DNA of 32,000 nucleotides from Methanocaldococcus jannaschii DSM 2661 (GTDB taxonomy: Archaea; AGJL01; Methanococci; Methanococcales; Methanocaldococcaceae), in assembly GCF_000091665.1 (NCBI RefSeq), contig NC_000909.1, forward strand, positions 1,576,838-1,608,837, in the 5' to 3' direction. A model generated the notes under the pieces. That model did not search any database, was not told the origin of the DNA, and worked only from the letters and a program-made list of their open reading frames with translations. Positions 29,454-32,000 of this stretch are shown here, one piece after another (the first letter of the stretch is position 1; every line of letters begins with the position of its first letter). The translations under genes and the position numbers were made by a program.

Positions 29454-29520
29454 ACCTCTCAGACAGTGCCGATTTCTTCATCCCAAAAAGGTCAGTGGGG
29501 GTAACTTTCATCATCGAGGT
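29454..29520 (-). ncRNA. C/D box sRNA (2'-O-methylation guide), dual 12-nt guides
   Basis: Minus strand: ACCUC-G-AUGAUGA(C)-AAGUUACCCCCA-CUGA(D')-CCUUUUUGGG-AUGAAGA(C')-AAUCGGCACUGU-CUGA(D)-GAGGU. Perfect C and D boxes, both spacers exactly 12 nt, and a 5-bp terminal stem ACCUC/GAGGU. Confidence 0.8.
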
Positions 29521-29571
29521 TAAAATATTTGGTAGTTATACCGTAATAACTTTATTCTTATTCTTGATGTA

Positions 29572-30450
29572 TTATCCAAACAACTCATTAATATCTTTTC
29601 CTTGCTTAATCTCTTTTCTATATGCCTCTAACAATAAATTCTTTTCTCCTAAAAATTCAGCAACTGTTTTAAAATCAACATTAATCTTTTCTCTAAACTT
29701 TTTATCCCTCAATAAATGGTGGTCAATTATAAGTTCAGCCCCAGTATTTTCAACTATATATTTTAAGTTTTCGTTTGTCTTTTCTAAATTCTTTTTTCCA
29801 TATCTATGCATCAAATATGTTGGCGGGCCTCCCATAAGTATTAGATTAGGTTTTTCTTTAATTATGTAATCTCTAATATCATCAAATATTATTCCCTGAG
29901 TATCAGAGGTGTGCATAAATTTAAACTTCCCCTCTTTAACTGTTGTTATTAAGACATATCCCAATTTATCATCCCTACCATGTGGGAATGGAGGGGAAAA
30001 TTTTATTTCTGTCTTCCCAAATTTAAATGTTTTGTTGTCAGCAAATTCAATCTTTTTTGCAATATCTTTAACGCTCTCTAAGAATTTTTTTGCCCTATTC
30101 ATCTGACTTTTATTTATAAACTCAGTTGGATGTTTTATTAATAGAATTTTGTCTTTGTATAGTTCTTTAGCATAATCCTTTGATTCCAAGTATATATCAT
30201 CAAAAAATGGAGTGTAGTGGTCGTAATGGTAATGGGAGATAGTTATAACATTAGATTTTTTCGCATAGTCGTTGATTTTATTTCTCATCTCTCTCAATTT
30301 TTCAAATTCTATATCATTTGGCTTTAAACCATATCTATCTGGAGCTAAGGCAACTCCTGGGTCTATTAAAATCCCCACATCCTTTGTTTTAACATAGGTT
30401 GCTAAAGACCTAACCCCCAAGCTTTCAGAAGCTAAGGGAATGACTTTCAT
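29572..30450 (-). CDS. metallo-beta-lactamase-fold protein (UPF0282-like)
   Basis: ILIDPGV, ISHYHYDH (HxHxDH zinc motif), and downstream HTSDTQG and DHH. Confidence 0.8.
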   Translation of the reverse strand: MKVIPLASESLGVRSLATYVKTKDVGILIDPGVALAPDRYGLKPNDIEFEKLREMRNKINDYAKKSNVITISHYHYDHYTPFFDDIYLESKDYAKELYKDKILLIKHPTEFINKSQMNRAKKFLESVKDIAKKIEFADNKTFKFGKTEIKFSPPFPHGRDDKLGYVLITTVKEGKFKFMHTSDTQGIIFDDIRDYIIKEKPNLILMGGPPTYLMHRYGKKNLEKTNENLKYIVENTGAELIIDHHLLRDKKFREKINVDFKTVAEFLGEKNLLLEAYRKEIKQGKDINELFG

Positions 30451-30483
30451 AGTTCCACCACTTTTTTAGAAAAATTTAAAAAT

Positions 30484-32000
30484 TTATCCTATCTTAAAGA
30501 AGTCACTCAACTTAACCTGTCTGCTTTTTTCATTTTCAAATATTGAATTAATCCCCTCTTTAATAATCTTTAATCTTTGTTTTATATAATCATTTACATT
30601 ATATTCCTCAGCCATCTTCTCTGCAACATCCATATACTTCTCAACAGCTCCCTTTGAGACAGTTAATATTAAATTAGAGCCACATTTTGGACACTTCCCT
30701 TTCAAAGGTATTCTTCTATACTTAGCTCCACATTTACATCTAACTGCCTGCCTTGAGAAAGCCCTTAAATTCCCAATTAAATCTGGGATGAAGTGGGATT
30801 GAATAACCTTCTCAGCAACATCTCTTTCATCTGTAGCCCTAATTTTCTTAGCAACTGATAATTGGGAAGTGGTTTTTTCTAACATTGAACCTAATGTTTT
30901 ATAAGCACAAACCTTCGGCCCTAAGTCAATTCTTGATGTTTCGTGAGTATAGCCAATACCTTCATACTGCTCTGGCTTTCCTAATCTATCTTCAACTGTC
31001 TCCATAAACTCCTTAACTTCTTTCGGTGAAGGCATTTCTAAGGTTTTTTCATAAAACTCTAATGGATAGCTCCACATTGTATCCATATTATGAACTTCTC
31101 CATCAACTTCCTTTGGGTCTAATATGGTTGTTAAGACTAATGGGGCATCCATCTGTCCTCCTCTCTTATCTGGTAGGAATTTTTTGGAGAAGTTCAAAAA
31201 CGCGTCTAATAGCAAAAAGAAAGAATCTTCGTCCCCGTCACAGTTTCTTCTCTTTGCAGCATGGAAATAAGGATGAGCATAACCAACATTTGCTTTTGTA
31301 TAACCAATTATTCTTCCAACCATTCCAGCAGATGTGTGGGGAGCCATTCCAATGACTAAATGCCCAATTAAATCCTCTTTTTTCTTTACGTTGTAAAACC
31401 TTTCAACTTTATAAAACTTCTCCAATAAATCATCTATAAAATTAGCTACCTTAACAAAATACTCTGCACAACTCTCTGGGATGATAACATCTTGTGGTTT
31501 TAGCTCAACGACCTGCTCCCCATCAACTAACTCATTGCCATAAATATCTTTATCATAGCCAAGCTCTCTCAATTTTTCAACAGTAACGTTTATCTCATTT
31601 GGTTTAAAGTGGGTTACTGGCACATCTGTGCAATCAAACCTTGTAGTTCCGTCTTTAAAGACATAAACCTCATTTATCGCCCTCAATATAGCTTTTTCTA
31701 ATGGTTCAACAATCTTCTGCTTGGATGTCATCCCTTTAATACACTTAACATCTCCTGGCTTGTTTATACCCAATCTCTTTAAAGCGGCATACCAATAATC
31801 TTTTAATGGAGCTTTAATTCTTCCAAAGTTATCTAACTCTACCTTAGTTCCACAGAATGGGCAAACTCTATATAATGAAATTTTTCCACAATTTGGACAT
31901 CTTGTGTAAGAAACATCAACATCATCTGTATTGTTTTCCTCAACTGCCTTGTTTATCAATCTCACTTGCCCTCCAGCATTACCTATTGGGAATAAACCAT
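30484..32000 (-). CDS. polC: DNA polymerase II (PolD) large subunit DP2, C-terminal part (5' end lies outside the window)
   Basis: The reading frame stays open to nt 32000 (..[17 protein letters not shown]..). Zinc-finger modules CPNCGK..CPFCG and [20 protein letters not shown], plus the conserved GMAPHTSAG and [10 protein letters not shown] catalytic region of DP2. Confidence 0.9.

Noticed and set aside
29492-29507. Tried to assign the D' guide target (UGGGGGUAACUU) to two conserved rRNA sites. One is the 23S CCGUAACUUCGGGA region. The other is the 16S GGGGUAACGGC region.
   Set aside because: Both remembered rRNA strings mismatch the guide at several positions. No target is claimed without the actual rRNA sequences.
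29495-29869. ORF of 124 aa (MGVTFIIEVKIFGS...).
   Set aside because: Its 5' end is the antisense of the C/D sRNA and the rest is antisense to the MBL-fold gene. It has hydrophobic shadow composition.

Overview
This is a strongly AT-rich archaeal chromosome segment. Gene order and protein sequences match my memory of Methanocaldococcus jannaschii, roughly loci MJ1603-MJ1630, but I cannot verify that here. All protein calls rest on motif recognition in the supplied translations; no searches were run.

Layout:
- 1-12.2 kb: a sugar-phosphate/glycogen cluster. It holds rpiA (partial), ADP-dependent PFK/GK, pgi and glgA on one side. Diverging from them are a GT4 glycosyltransferase, a small wHTH protein, an archaeal P-loop ATPase, a GH15 glucoamylase, a GH57 amylase and apgM.
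- 12.2-19.2 kb: a tight minus-strand trio (CbiZ-like, TIM-barrel and unknown proteins), then guaB (TTG start), a small membrane protein, a cupin, birA and a radical-SAM/TRAM protein whose cluster-binding motif is split by a Cys-rich insert.
- 19.2-21.1 kb: a decay zone. It contains a multiply frameshifted fragment of a MOP/Wzx-type flippase gene next to a degenerate DDE-transposase IS copy.
- 21.1-32 kb: a FIST-wHTH protein, a small Toprim protein, a 690-aa helical-repeat protein divergent from an NFACT (Rqc2/RqcH-type) protein, a Cys-rich UPF0179-like protein, an ABC-class ATPase, an MBL-fold protein and the 3' part of the PolD large subunit gene.

The most interesting signals are non-coding:
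1. A textbook C/D box sRNA on the minus strand at 29454-29520, hidden under a spurious ORF.
2. A family of GC-rich two-hairpin elements at 7451-7630, 29332-29440 and, truncated, 23178-23217. The copies show compensatory stem changes. One copy repeats the last 31 nt of the sRNA locus and another carries a nested 93-nt palindromic insertion.
3. A 42-nt relic of the Toprim gene 3' end that differs from the live gene only by synonymous changes, joined to a copy of the same hairpin that sits on the live gene's ribosome-binding site.

I saw no rRNA, tRNA or CRISPR array.
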